From: the human T2T-CHM13v2.0 reference genome, Homo sapiens | Direction: 5' to 3' (one strand) | Length of the DNA: 64,000 nucleotides | Assembly: GCF_009914755.1 (NCBI RefSeq) | Contig: NC_060926.1 | Shown here: piece after piece, positions 1 through 14,860 of the stretch | How positions within the stretch are numbered: position 1 is the stretch's first letter | Layout of the letters: each line of letters starts with the position of its first letter | Translations under genes and position numbers: made by a program | Notes under the pieces: model-generated | Told to the model about the DNA's origin: nothing | Seen by the model: only the letters and a program-made list of their open reading frames with translations | Database searches by the model: none

Positions 1-78
1 ATTTTATAAAGTAAATTGAGACATTACAAAGGTTAAGTAAATTTCAATATATGCCTATGATTCTAAATGATGCTGTTA

Positions 79-1933
<1,855 letters not shown>

Positions 1934-2269
1934 ACAGTGAGAACACATGGACACAGGAAGGGGAACATCATACTCTGGGGACTGTTGTGGGGTTGGGGGA
2001 GGGGGGAGGGATAGCATTGGGAGATATACCTAATGCTAGATGATGAGTTAGTGGGTGCAGCGCACCAGCGTGGCACATGTATATATATGTAACTAACCTG
2101 CACATTGTACACATGTACCCTAAAACTTAAAGTATAATAATAATAAATAAATTTAAAAAAAAAAAAAGAATTCCATATGCCTGAAATAACTAAGTAGAAT
2201 TTATAGTTATAAGTGTAGAATTGTATAGAAACAATTGTCAGGCTTTAGATATCAGATAAGTTATAGAAG

Positions 2270-2430
2270 ATACATGTCCAATCATTTACAAATTCTTTGA
2301 ACCTCAGTGTCCTTATTTGTAGAGAAAAGAGAACATTATCTACTCTAAAGTATATTTGTGAGAATTAGAAGGATAGTTCATGCAAAGAATCTAGTGATTT
2401 GTCTGATGGAGACTCAAATAACAGTCACTG
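2270..2430 (+). mobile_element. MIR fragment
   Basis: Degenerate MIR core: TTTGAACCTCAGTGTCCTTATTTGTA...TTTGTGAGAATTA. Confidence 0.55.
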
Positions 2431-3049
2431 TCATAGTTAGTTTAGAGAGAAAACTAAAATATTATGGTGGCCTGAGGCCTTATTTCATTGGGTAAATGAA
2501 GAAGCAATGAGCTTTATGTGGCTCTTTGTCAACTTTTTTTCCTCAACATCTGATACAAAATATTAGGATCTTGGCTATTAGATCTCCTATAGAATTACAG
2601 CCCTGTCTTTTATGAGTTCCCATTTTGAGGTTATAAAAGCATAAGTGACATGTTTTCTTAGTACCTTTATAATTTTCAGTTACTATTTTTATCTAAACTA
2701 TCCAAGTTTCCACCTTAATTTTTTAAGAAAATTGTTTAATTTTAATTGAATCACAATAATAGAAATACAACCATTACCAAGATTAAAGTGGAACTGTGAC
2801 GTGATCTTTTTGAGAGTAAATTATGGCATTACTTGGCTAAATGGATCATTGACTTTGGGTATTAAAGTGATCTATTTGTTTAAACGTATTAAAACTTAAC
2901 TAAAATAGCCACACGTGCCATTAACAGGTACTTAGAGCCTTGGTTTTTGATATTTGAAAACACCATACTTCCACACTGTTTGCTAACGAAGTTCATTGAA
3001 AGATTCCAAAGTATTTTTGTGGCAGGAAATAATCATTTCATCTATTCCT

Positions 3050-3230
3050 GCTCTCATTCACCCGACAATTACTGAGCACCTATGGAAAGCTAGATCCCTG
3101 TCGAGGGTATTGAAAAGAAAGATGAATGAGATGTTGTGCAAGACCCAGGAAGCTCACTTTATTAGTCTATCAGGTAGCTATATTCATGGAAGACTAGAAT
3201 ATAACTTGTGTCGTAAGAGATGTCATATTA
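3050..3230 (-). mobile_element. L2 3'-end fragment
   Basis: CATTCA...ATTACTGAGCACCTA...AAGATGAATGAGA...GGAAGCTCAC, typical of an antisense L2 tail. Confidence 0.5.
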
Positions 3231-3928
3231 CAATGCCAAGAGGCAGGTTGTCTGCAGGCATTGCATACTCATCTTCATCAGCATAAAACAAAGTTGAAAC
3301 TGTGTGCTCATGACATAAACAAAGCTCCAAGATGGGTCCCCTTGCCTGCCCCCACTATCCTTCCCTTGCAAATGGATTCTTCCTCTGAGTCTCCCATGCA
3401 GAAATTTTGAGATCACCTGAAGAAGTAACATTATATAGAAAGTTATTCTATTCTTCTCTCTGAGCCTTGGGAGGTGAGCTCATATCTAAACTGAGATTTA
3501 AAGGCCAAATGAAGATTTTTCTGGCAAAGAATTGGGTGTACGGCATTCCACACAGGAGAAAGGACAAAAATTTTAAGCCAGGCAACACCGCCAATCATCA
3601 TAATGTGCTTGGAGAGTTTCCTTCTCCTCAGTTTTCTTTCCTACAATATAGAAACAATCATTCCCATGTCTTTACAATCCTGTGCAGGTTGCATGCTTGA
3701 AAAATTAAGTGTGCTCAACAAATGTTACTTCTCATATTCTTTCCTGTGCTGGAAGAATGGCATATGCAAGTGTATGTGTATGTGGGCAGGAAAAGAAATG
3801 ATGTATGAAGAGAATGGTGGCATGTGTGATGGGGGAGAGGAGGAAGAAAAGAAAAGAAAGTAGGTGTGGTGGGGAGAGGATAAAGCAGGAGCGATGATGG
3901 CTGAGATGGCATCCTGATGTTAAAGTAG

Positions 3929-4345
<417 letters not shown>

Positions 4346-5739
4346 TTGTTTATATATTTTTAAAAGCAGAACAATTAGACAGATGTACAAACAGATAAAT
4401 CTTAGCACGAGCAGGAAGAATAAATGGAACTGGGAGTATGGGAATCAGGGAGACCAACTGAAGCTTCCTAAGCCAGTTTATGAAAGAAAGGATGAGAATT
4501 AGTTACTAAGTAAATAGAAAGGAGAAGAGAATAAATGGGAAGACACTTGGAAATCTTGTCTGGTAAGTGAATTGGTACGTCTGTGGTCCATTGACCATGG
4601 GAGTGGCAGGGAAGTAAGAGAGATATAGGCATTTGGGAAAGACCATAGGGGCTGAGTTGGTGGTGATGCCAAAACTTTCCTGTTTTTGTTATCAAAAGCA
4701 CTCTCACATTCAGCCTATTTCATCTTGGGGTATTGTTCATGATATGAACAGCAGAAAACAATTAGGTTCTTCTTGGTCTTTTACCTGACTTGCAGTTCTT
4801 CTTGGAATTGACTAGGGATGGAAGAAGAAGAGTGCATGGCTGAAAAAGGTTCAGATGAGGATGTCTCACTTCTTCCTATTTCCATTCTGCCACCCTGCCT
4901 ATTTACTGATTTCCCTGCTACCTCTGGTGGAAGGTGGGAGAGGCTGTGCTTCAGCAGGCTGTAAGTGGTGCTGGGGCATGCCTGCCTTGTGTGACTGACT
5001 GTGGGAGAGTAATTGTCCGCTTGCAGCAGAGATGAAGCAATTCTTTAGTTCTTTCAAGAATGTGTAAGAAAGTCAGGAAAAGCTTGTTCTCTCCACAGGG
5101 GAGAACTGGGAATATGTTTTTTATTTTTTTCTGTCTTGCAGTTTTAGAAAAGATGATTCCCAATGGGTTTATAACAAAATGAATTGTTTACATGTTAGAT
5201 TAAGTTTAATCTTAAGGTTAACTTGGAGTTCAAAATAATTTATAAATATATTTTTGAACCTGCCCCATTCTGAGGAAACTATGTAATTTATCTTACTTAG
5301 GATATGTATTAATTGGTTTACATAGTAAAATCTGCACTTAAATGATTATGATTATTTCCAACACTTACCCAGACTAAGAAAATATCCAATGCTACTTTTA
5401 GTCTGCAGAAGTTTAAAAAATGTTTCCTGATTCTTAAATATAAAAACTAAAATGGAAAATCTGATGAATATCTATTTAACCAGTTAGCTAACTAAAGAAC
5501 TGAAAAATAGGAATTCAGGTGAATGTTTACATTTTTTGAATATTGTGGGAAATGCTATATCTTCTATGGATACAAACATTTAAAAATTAGTAGAGGGCAA
5601 TTTTAACAAATATAGAGTATTTTATTCTTAAAATAAAAAATAAGCATATCAAAGTTATTCAGAAGAAAATGAAGGAAGAAAAACACCAAAATATTTAGTA
5701 GTATTTAAATTTGAATGACAGAATTATGGATACATCAAT

Positions 5740-6636
5740 TGAAAAATCACCAAATTATAAATTTAGAAAGGAGACTTTATTTCTTATGAAAGGTTACAAT
5801 CTGCAGGTTGGCCACCACCCAGGCTGGGGAGCATAGGTACCAGGAAAGCCAAAAGGCAGGAACTTGGAAGGAGGGAAGGTGAGACAGGAATTTATCGTGA
5901 AGGGGTTGGCTAAGTATTCAACAAGTTATAGGAGGAGCTATGGATATTCACAAACAGGGTCCTGACATGTGCGTACTGAACAAACATCCATGTTTCATAC
6001 AACCCCCTATTCACTTTGGGATGAAGACATTACCTTTAAATATATTACAATTAGGCGGTATACATCAAAAGCTGAAGCAGAGTGCTCAGGTGCCCAGTCT
6101 CTGTAAACCAGTCAGAGCCAGTCCATGGTCAGCGTTCTCTTATCAGGAGAAAACTACTAAAATCAGTCTCTTGGTTTGATCAAAGCTGTAGTTACGGCTG
6201 GTGGAGCCAGGGGGTCAGTGAGTCAGTGTCTGGAGGAGGATGAACCGTCATGGTTTCAATATTGCTTATCTCAAGGCCATTGTTTATTTAGCTACCAGAA
6301 AAAAAGAACAACATTGTGGCAGTTAGAACATAGTTTATTTAAATGTAAGGATGAGTGACTTCATCCTTGCCTGGCATGGCCTTAGGTCTTGTTTATAATT
6401 TGGTATTTTATTGCCACAAAGAGTTTATTCCATCAGTCTTATGGTCTCTATTTTAACATTAATGCTGATCAGTTGTGTCCGAACTGCAAAAGGGAGGAGG
6501 TACAACAAGGTGTGTCCAACCTCTCTTCCTATCATGGCTGGGAACTCAGTTTTTAAGGTTTTTCTAGGATCCTCTTGGCCAAAAGGGGTCTGTTTCATCC
6601 TTTGGGGGACTTAGGATTTTATTTTTAGTTCTCACA
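5740..6636 (-). mobile_element. ERV1 solo LTR, MER4 family
   Basis: Reverse complement starts TGTGAGAACTAAAAATAAAATCCTAAG...CCCCTTTTGGCCAAGAGG...AAACCTTAAAAACTGAGTTCC, matching MER4-type LTR 5' ends. TG..CA termini; about 900 bp. Confidence 0.8.
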
Positions 6637-6690
6637 TCATGGTTTCTTGTTTCCTTTTTTTTCTTATAATTTTGTTTTTCCTATATATCT

Positions 6691-7110
6691 TGTATTAGTT
6701 CATTCTCGCACTGCTATAAAGAAATACCTGAGACTGGATAATTTATAAAGAAAAGAGGCTTAATTGGCCCACAGTTCTGCAGGCTGTACGGGAAGCATGA
6801 TGCTGGCATCTGCTCAGCTTTTGGGGAGGCCTTGGGAAACTTACAATCACGACACAAGGCAAAGGGGAAATGAGGCCTCTCACATGGTGGGAGCAGGCGG
6901 AAGAGAAAGAGTAGGGAGGTGCTACACACGTTTAAACAACCAGATCTTATGATAACTCACTCACTATCATGAGAACAGCACCAAGAGAATGGTATTAAAC
7001 CATTCCTGAGAAACCGCCCCCATGGTCAAATCACCTACCATCAGGCTCCACCTCCAACACTGGGGATTACATTTGAGATTTGTGTGGGGACACAGATCCA
7101 AACCATATCG
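6691..7110 (-). mobile_element. MaLR solo LTR (MSTA/MSTB-like)
   Basis: TGTATTAGTTCATTCTCGCACTGCTATAAAGAAATACCTGAGACTGG...GGGGACACAGATCCAAACCATATC. Confidence 0.92.
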
Positions 7111-7294
7111 AGTCTTATTACTTCTAGAATAGAAACAGACCAGAAAGATATATAAATTAAACTAAAAAATCCAAAGGAAAATAGTACATTATTTCAGTGA
7201 TTAAATAACATTAACTGCCATGCAATAACAATTATGATCATGATAAGATAAAAGAGAGGAGGAGGGAGAGGAGAAGGAAGAGATAAATGTTTAA

Positions 7295-7500
7295 TATTTA
7301 TTGAGCACTTACTCTGTGCCAAACATTTGTTCATGCTTCATGGATAACCTCACTTCAAAACGCTATAGGTAAGAATTATTATTATCCGACCTTAGACATT
7401 AAGCAGCTGAGGCAGAAGTGAAAAGTCTCACCAAACATCACATGGAAGTTGAATTCAATAAGCAATTGATTTGAAAACCTGTGTAATCTCTAGATCATAT
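7295..7500 (-). mobile_element. MIR
   Basis: TTTATTGAGCACTTACTCTGTGCC...AGGTAAG..ATTATTATCC...CTGAGGCAG. Confidence 0.7.
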
Positions 7501-8369
7501 CATCTTCATGATAATGAGAAGGGACCTTTTCTCACCATTTTCTTTTATGGCCATAGCATCATCTTATCAAATATTTATAGGCTTTCCCATGCAGATTGAA
7601 TAAAGCATGATTCTTAGCCTTGTGAATCTTTTTTTTTTTTTTTTTTAGGTAATAGAGAAACAGCTAAATTAAAAGAACTGTTGCTTATCTCTCATTTTTA
7701 CTTTATAAAATGTCATTTAGTTCCTCTTTTTTTCTTAAATGAGTGTTTTTACAACCTACACTTCATTAAGAAAGACATGCTGATATCAAGTAATTCTTTA
7801 CTGGTTCTTGCCTTTCCTAAAATATCCTGTAACCTTCCATCATTATACTGGATCCTTTCTGCCTACGGTTAATAAAAAGCTGGCCATGGCTAAGGTGTCC
7901 CCAGAAACTCTTTCATATTTGTCATTCACTGATCTATGAGAGAGACTCATTTTTATTGCAAGTTCCTTGGAGACCTCACCCTATTGGCTCTGTTGCCCTG
8001 TGATGGACAATTTGCTTGTTAGTTTTTTTGAAGCCTGTTACTGATTCCCTCTCTTTAGGTAGGAGCAATATAAATTTTGGTAGAAAATACCTGTCTCCAA
8101 TTTCAGGTATTGTGCTTCACACTATCCTGACTCCAGAGAGGGAGCATGGGAAAACACAGGCCTTATTTTATACTCTAAATATCTCTATAGGTCATAATTG
8201 GTTTAGGGGTAGGTTCAGGAATACAAGATCTAGGTAGCCTATTAGAATGATTGCCAGAGCTTAAACATGGCCTATTTAAAGAGACTTGTCTGCTATTTAG
8301 CTTGTACTTGGAATAATATTAGCCTGGAACTGAAAGGGTCCCCAAATACGGGATCTGAAAATGAAGTCA

Positions 8370-8570
8370 ACAGGACCGCAGATGAAGCCAAGAAATAAAG
8401 AAACACCAAGTCCTGGTGACACCATCATTTTAGTTCTGAAATCAAGCCACCTCTTGATCTAGTCCCACTCCCAGAACATTTCAGTTACATAACTCAGTAA
8501 GTGTTATTCTATGTTCCTTATTTTAATTTATGGTAAGTCTTCTATCACTTGCAAAAGAAAGAGTGCAGCG
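8370..8570 (+). mobile_element. MLT1 (old MaLR) LTR 3' fragment
   Basis: GTCCTGGTGACAC...CAAGCCA...TTCAGTTACAT...TCTATCACTTGCAAAAGAAAGAGT. Confidence 0.55.
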
Positions 8571-8813
8571 GCATCCCCTTTACAAGCCAACTCTTCGTCT
8601 CTCTTACTCTCTGGAATCCACAGAAGAGAATGGAGTTACGATAATTTGGGGAAATACTAGATGGAGCATAATATCATAAAATATGGCACAAATTAGAAGC
8701 ATGTGACACTGATCCAATTGAACTTCCAGGCAGAGAACCAGAGATTGAAAGATGTCAAATAGTTCTTCATAACCTTTAGACAAAGATCTGAGAAGACAAA
8801 GCATCTCTTTACC

Positions 8814-8993
8814 ACAACAGTTCTCAGCCTTGGCTACTCATTGGCATCTCCTTGGAAGCCTTAAAAACATGCTGATGCTGGATCCCAAGGCCAGAGATTC
8901 TGATTTAATTGGTTTGTGGTGGGGCCTATCCTTGAAGTTGTAGAAAAGCTCCTCAGGTTATTCTAATGTCAAGCCAGTGTTGAGAATCACCAC
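8814..8993. mobile_element. MER5B-like hAT-Charlie MITE
   Basis: GTTCTCAGCCTTGGCT...CCAGAGATTCTGATTTAATTGG...CTCCTCAGGTTATTCTAATG...GTTGAGAATCAC, palindromic MER5 architecture. Confidence 0.8.
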
Positions 8994-9255
8994 TTTAAAG
9001 AAATGGTTGTAAGAGTAAGGAAAAGCTGCAGATAAGGTACATAATGATTACTCGTTTACTAAAAACACTTTATCCAGCATCCAGGACATTCATAAATCTG
9101 TAACAAAGCCTTTTCTAATGACTAACAGCGTGGCCACCAAGTTCCATTGAAATGCATGGAAAGAAAAGGAGTATCTAGGGGGCAGGATTAGGAGAAGGGG
9201 GAGCAACAGTCCAAAGGTTAAATTTAATATCCCACAGGACAAATTGGTCAGCCCC

Positions 9256-9267
9256 GCTTGACCTTTT

Positions 9268-9305
<38 letters not shown>

Positions 9306-9889
9306 ATTATTTAAGTTTTAGGGTACATGTGCACAACTTGCAGGTTTGTTACATATGTATACATGTGCCATGTTGGTGTGCTGCACCCATTAACTCGTCA
9401 TTTACATTAGGTATATCTCCTAATGCTATCCCTCCCACCTCCCCCGACCCCACAACAGGCCCTGGTGTGTGATGTTCCCCTTCCTGTGTCCAAGTGTTCT
9501 CATTGTTCAATTCCCACCTGAGTGAGAACATGCGGTGTTTGGTTTTTTGTCCTTGCAATAGTTTGCTGAGAATGATGGTTTCCAGCCTCATCCATGTCCC
9601 TACAAAGGCCATGAACTCATCATTTTTTATGGCTGCATAGTATTCCATGGTGTATATGTGCCACATTTTCTTTATCCAGTCTATCATTGTTGGACATTTG
9701 GGTTGGTTCCAAGTCTTTGCTATTGTGAATAGTGCCGCAATAAACATACGTGTGCATGTGCCTTTATAGTAACATGATTTATATTCCTTTGGGTATATAC
9801 CCAGTAATGGGATGGTTGGGTCAAGTGGTATTTCTAGTTCTAGATCCCTGAGGAATCACCACACTGTCTTCCACACCGGCTTGACCTTT
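9256..9889 (-). mobile_element. 5'-truncated L1PA (PA4-PA6-like) 3' end with 11-bp TSD
   Basis: TSD GCTTGACCTTT at 9256-9266 and 9879-9889. Antisense 3'UTR and ORF2 end (MFIAALFTIAKTWNQPKCP). Tail converted to (TA)n. Confidence 0.95.
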
Positions 9890-10440
9890 CAGAGGAGCAT
9901 TTAATGACACCGACTACAGAAATCAGCTCCCATATTGATGAAGCAACATTTTGAAAATCAGTCAAAACCCTTTATCTATAACCTCCACCCAGAGCTTTTG
10001 AGTCAGAGTTCTAATCAAGGAAAACTTCCAATTTACAAGTTAGAGTACTTGAAACACAGACCTTGGTAACTGCTGGAGAAGTGCTTAGAGGTGAACTCAT
10101 TAGGAAGTCACACCTTTTAGAATGAGCTTGGCTTTTAATATAATTTGATAGACAATGAAATCATTAAGAATTTGACCAAGGTTTTCCCATGAGCTAGATG
10201 TTGAATTGACCATGTGTCTCGTATACTTGATCTTTGAGACTTAGTAGTTGTATGAGGGCCCAGAAGAAAAATAAGACACAGATAAAGCTGATAAATGTGA
10301 AACTAATAACTTTTATTAGTCTTTGAACTCTTGAAGTGTGCAGTAATAACAGGAGAAACCTCTCTTACCTGTAATTATTTTGAAAAGTTTGCCCTTCAAA
10401 AATGTCTAGCAGAAGTAGCTTAACACCTACTAGAAATTAT

Positions 10441-10642
10441 ATTTATTTATAAAAAAATACATTTATATTTATATATAGTAGTACCATATAATATATAGTA
10501 TTATATATAGTAGTAGTATATAATATATAGTATGTAGTAAGTAGTAGTATATAATATATAGTACTGTATGTTATATAGTAGTATATAATATATAGTAGTT
10601 GTAATAATATATAATATATAGTAAGTATATATATAAATATAC
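10441..10642. repeat. AT-rich degenerate minisatellite, unit approx TATATAATATATAGTA(GTA)
   Basis: Repeated TATATAATATATAGTA motifs visible directly. Confidence 0.85.
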
Positions 10643-11659
10643 ACACCTACTATATTTCCTCAATAGGGTCAACTAATTCGTCATTGGGGATATGTTTGTT
10701 AATTGTATTACAATTAGAGTATCAGTTATAAGAAAGGGGTAGGTACAAATTAGAGGCAGGATTTTTTAGAATTTTGGCTTCTGTTTATAACTTACTAATA
10801 GCCATAATAATGACCAAGTCAGAAAAATTAAATTGTTACACTGTAAATATATTATATGTGTTTATATAGGCTAAGTTTATCTCATGATTGGTTTAAGTAA
10901 ATAGAAATTTCTTATTGCCTGTTGAAACTGTATTTTTTATATATCATAACCATTTTATTCAACAAAATTTTACAATGTCTTCCGAACATATGAAACAGAC
11001 CAAAATGGAGATTTCCTAGTGAAATCAGATAACTTCAGGGGCCTTGAATAGATTAATCTACAATCCCAGATTTTATTGAACACACTACTCTATTGCATCA
11101 AGTCTAAATGCCTAGAAATCAGGTTCTTATAAATCCTGCTAGTTCAATTATCTAACAATATTGCCTATTACACTGTAGTCACACTATATATTGTTCATAA
11201 TTACCTATAACCCAGCGTGTTCCCTCTCACTCCTTTTTCTTCACACTGTTAGTCTGTCCTGTAAGAATGTTCAATATCCACACCTTTCTGTGTAAAATCT
11301 ATTTCTTCCTCCGAGTTGTTGTAAGCCCCACCCCCTTTATGGAACCTCCCAGTATTATTTATATACTGGCCTTTTTATCCTATACTACTTGTATTTAATG
11401 ATTATATTCTGCCTACAGTATCCACTGTTGTTTCATACATATTCCTGTTAGATATGAAAACTCCGTTTTTTGAGCCTAGAGATTTTTGTTTTTTATGATG
11501 TTTACCATATGGCCTTGTGCAGTGCCTGAACTTTTATGTCTTTAATAATAACTTGATTGAGGAATTAGAGTTGTAATTATCTAAACAAGGAAGAAAACTG
11601 TAAATCTTTTCAAAGCTATTGAATATAGTATTAAATATATTGACTGTGCTGGAGAAAAC

Positions 11660-11957
11660 TTTTTTTTTTTTGAGATGGAGTCTCGCTCTGTCGCCCAGGC
11701 TGGAGTGTAGTAGCGCAATCTGATCTGGGCTTACTGCAACCTCTGCCTCCCGGGTTCAAGCGATTCTCCTGCCTCAGTCTCCTGAGTAGCTGGGACTACT
11801 GGTGCATGCCACCATGCCTGGCTAAATTTTTGTATTTTTACTAGAGACGGGGTTTCACCGTGTTAGCCAGGATGATCTGAATGTCCTGACCTCGTCATCT
11901 GCCCGCCTCGGCCTCCCAAAGTTCTGGGATTACAGGCGTGAGCCACCACGCCCGACC
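11660..11957 (-). mobile_element. AluSc/AluY-like
   Basis: Full antisense Alu with GTTAGCCAGGATG and GACCTCGT diagnostics. TSD GAGAAAACT at 11652-11660 and 11958-11966. Confidence 0.95.
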
Positions 11958-13861
11958 GAGAAAACTATTTATAATATGTAATAGCTTCTTCCACAAGCAG
12001 TCATTCATTGATTCATTCACTGATTCATTTGCTTATCATTCAGTCCAAATTATTTCCCATTTTGAAATAAAACATTTTTACACATTGAAAACTGCTCTAG
12101 TCTCATAGATAATGATGATTCAATAAACACTGTGGGTGCAAAACTTGGAAAGTGTACACTGGCTTGCTGTACAATGTCCTCAATTCTATATTAATAATAC
12201 AGTGTAAACTCATTAATTATAAATGCATAGCCATTTGTTGGTGAAAAGAAAACAGGATGTCAGGGGCAAATAAAGAATTCAGTGGTGAAGCAATATCTTT
12301 GACAAGAACTTCTATTTGTCTAATGCTCTGTATAACTTTAATAGCACCCAACAGTTGGTGGTCTGTAGTGGTTCTAGGCAATGAGTGGATTGCCTTTTCT
12401 TTGTTTGCTTTGCAACTGAAGGATGTTTGCAATATTAAAAAGCACACACACTCACACATACAGACCCACACGCCATAACAAAAACAGCCTCAAGGCTACC
12501 ATATGGCGGTGGTCCTGCACCTGAAACCCAAACAAAGCCAACAGCAACAGATTCAGTGTTTGTCTTTGGCTAAGAATCTGAGCTGACGTCAATTATACTT
12601 TTGAGCCTGGACTGAATTCAATGAAAACTTGTCAGTTGGTACTTTAGAAAAATGAATTAAACTAAGCCTGTGTTTCTTATCATTGAACGTACCAGCCAAA
12701 CTGTTTTGTGCATGCCTTTGACATTTTAATTGCAGGAACTAGGTGAATTTTTTTCTAAGTCCTTCTAGGACAGGTAAACAAAATACATATTTTTCCTGGC
12801 ATATCGTTTAGAGAGTTTGAACAGTGTTGCCAAAAGATCAATGCCCATCATAGAGATCAGCTAATAAAAAAGTAACAATAAAATTTCATTTAATCATTTA
12901 GAATTATAAATATTTTTGTTGCTGTTATTGTTTTATTTTGCTATATTTTAAATTGGGTCCAAAATAATTTTAGAAAACAGTAGGAGAAGCTCTTTTGCCC
13001 AATGTAGGATAGCCACAGGCTTACAGATACTTCTTTGAGTGAGATCGAATTTTAGAATTTTATGGTAAATTGTTTCTCAACTAAATATACACTTTAGTTC
13101 CAAAAAATAATTTTTAGATATATCACTAAGTGTTAAGAAGTGCTTCATGTTTTATAAGGTGAACATTTATTTTAAGATTAATAATAGAAAAAATAAGCAT
13201 CTATATTGGGTACTTTTATGAGTCTTAAAGAAGTAAGACTTCATTCAAATATTCATTTATTGACCACCATATCTGTGCCCATTTCTAATATTTATTCTAC
13301 CTTCCTCTAGCTGTCCTCAGCTATGTTTAACATTCCTTTTATAAAAGAAAATGTAATTATTTAAAAATCTATGTGCTGCAGTATGTATGCTTCCTACATC
13401 AAAAAGCAGAGTGAACATACATTTACAAACATCATTGAATGTTAATAAACAGTATAAAACCACACAAGTCTTTAAATACAAACTTTGTTGGTTTCAAATT
13501 TATTGAATAATACAAAGAATTCCCTTCTTAAAACTTAAGTTTTTAGAATAGACTTTCCTATAAATAAACATTTTATAGGAAAACTTCATGTTGAATTTTG
13601 GTTTAGGGGAGTTTTAGGACTGGAAATATTTCAAATAAGATGGAAGATGATACTGGAAATTGTGACCTGATCAGTTTCTTGTGATAGTATAAATAATTTT
13701 GTTTTACTTTTGCCACTATTAGTGAAAAACATAGTTTTTAACATTTATAAGCAAATTTCCTTTTTCAAAATCCCATGATTGTCATCTCATGGAACAGAAT
13801 TATTGGCTAACTGTTAATTTTGCTGATGAAGAAGGAAAAAGCATTGGTAGCTTGCTTTCTT

Positions 13862-14042
13862 AGGCTGCACTTCCATATGGGAACCATATTAAATTAAGTT
13901 CAGGTTTAATTTAATTTCATTAAGTGGCAGTTGAGCACTTGAAAGGTAGCTATTTCAACTGAGTCACTGACTTTTTAATTCTACAGTATAGGTATAGGAC
14001 ATTTTCATCATTTCAGAAAGTTATATTTCACAAGGTTGTCCT
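13862..14042. mobile_element. MER3/MER33-like hAT-Charlie remnant
   Basis: GTGGCAGTTGAGCACTTGAAAGGTAGCTA...ACTGA and GACATTTTCATCATTTCAGAAAGTTATATT. Confidence 0.55.
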
Positions 14043-14394
14043 ATAGCTTAGGGTGATATTGTTGCTCATGTAAAATTTGAAACATTCTTACCATTTACAT
14101 TACTTAGTCATAACTTTCTAGTAAGAAGAGTATAACATAATGACTCTACTTGAGAGTTAAATCCTGAGATGCTGAATGGTTGAATTACTTCCAACAAAAT
14201 CTCATGGAAGATCAAGTGGTAGAATAAATAAATACATGTGTAGATATGTGATTATAAGGCTCTACTGTCTCAAGCAATTATGGACTATTATATTTTTATG
14301 GAAAAAACACATCATGTTAAATTGTTTTAGATTTACCTAAAATAGTTAGTATTGTTTTGCATATGGTGACTTATTTCAAACCCCAGTCATGACC

Positions 14395-14860
14395 TGTGTT
14401 AGTTGATTTTATGTGTCAACATAAATGGACCACAGGGTGGCCAGATATTTGGTTAAACATTATTTTTGGTGTGTCTTAAATGGTCTTTTTGGATGAGATT
14501 ACCATTTGCATTGGTAGACTGAGTAGTTTGCCCTCCAAACGTCGGTGGGCCTCATTCAATTATTGAAGCCTTAAATAGAATAAAAAGGCTCGGTAAGAAA
14601 GAATTCCCTCTCTATGCCTGACTGTCTTCAAGCTGGGACATGTCTTCTCCTGCCTTTGGATTAAGACTTGGATTGGAACTACACCATTGGTTCTCCTAGG
14701 TCTCCAGCTTGGTGACTGCCGATCTTGAGACTGCTTAGCCTCCGTAATCATATGAGCCAATTCTTTATTATCTATCTTTCTGTTATCTATCTATCTATCT
14801 ATCGTTAATATTCTCTCTCTCTCCAATTTTTTCTATTTCTCTGGTGAACCCTGACATACA
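14395..14860 (+). mobile_element. MLT2-family 5' LTR of an ERV-L
   Basis: TGTG..GATTTTATGTGTCAAC...GGATGAGATT...TTTCTCTGGTGAACCCTGACATACA, with an internal (CTAT)n tract at about 14770-14803. Confidence 0.9.

Noticed and set aside
13888-13915. 10-bp inverted repeat ATTAAATTAA/TTAATTTAAT
   Set aside because: Pure AT, inside a palindromic MER3/33-type remnant; expected by chance.
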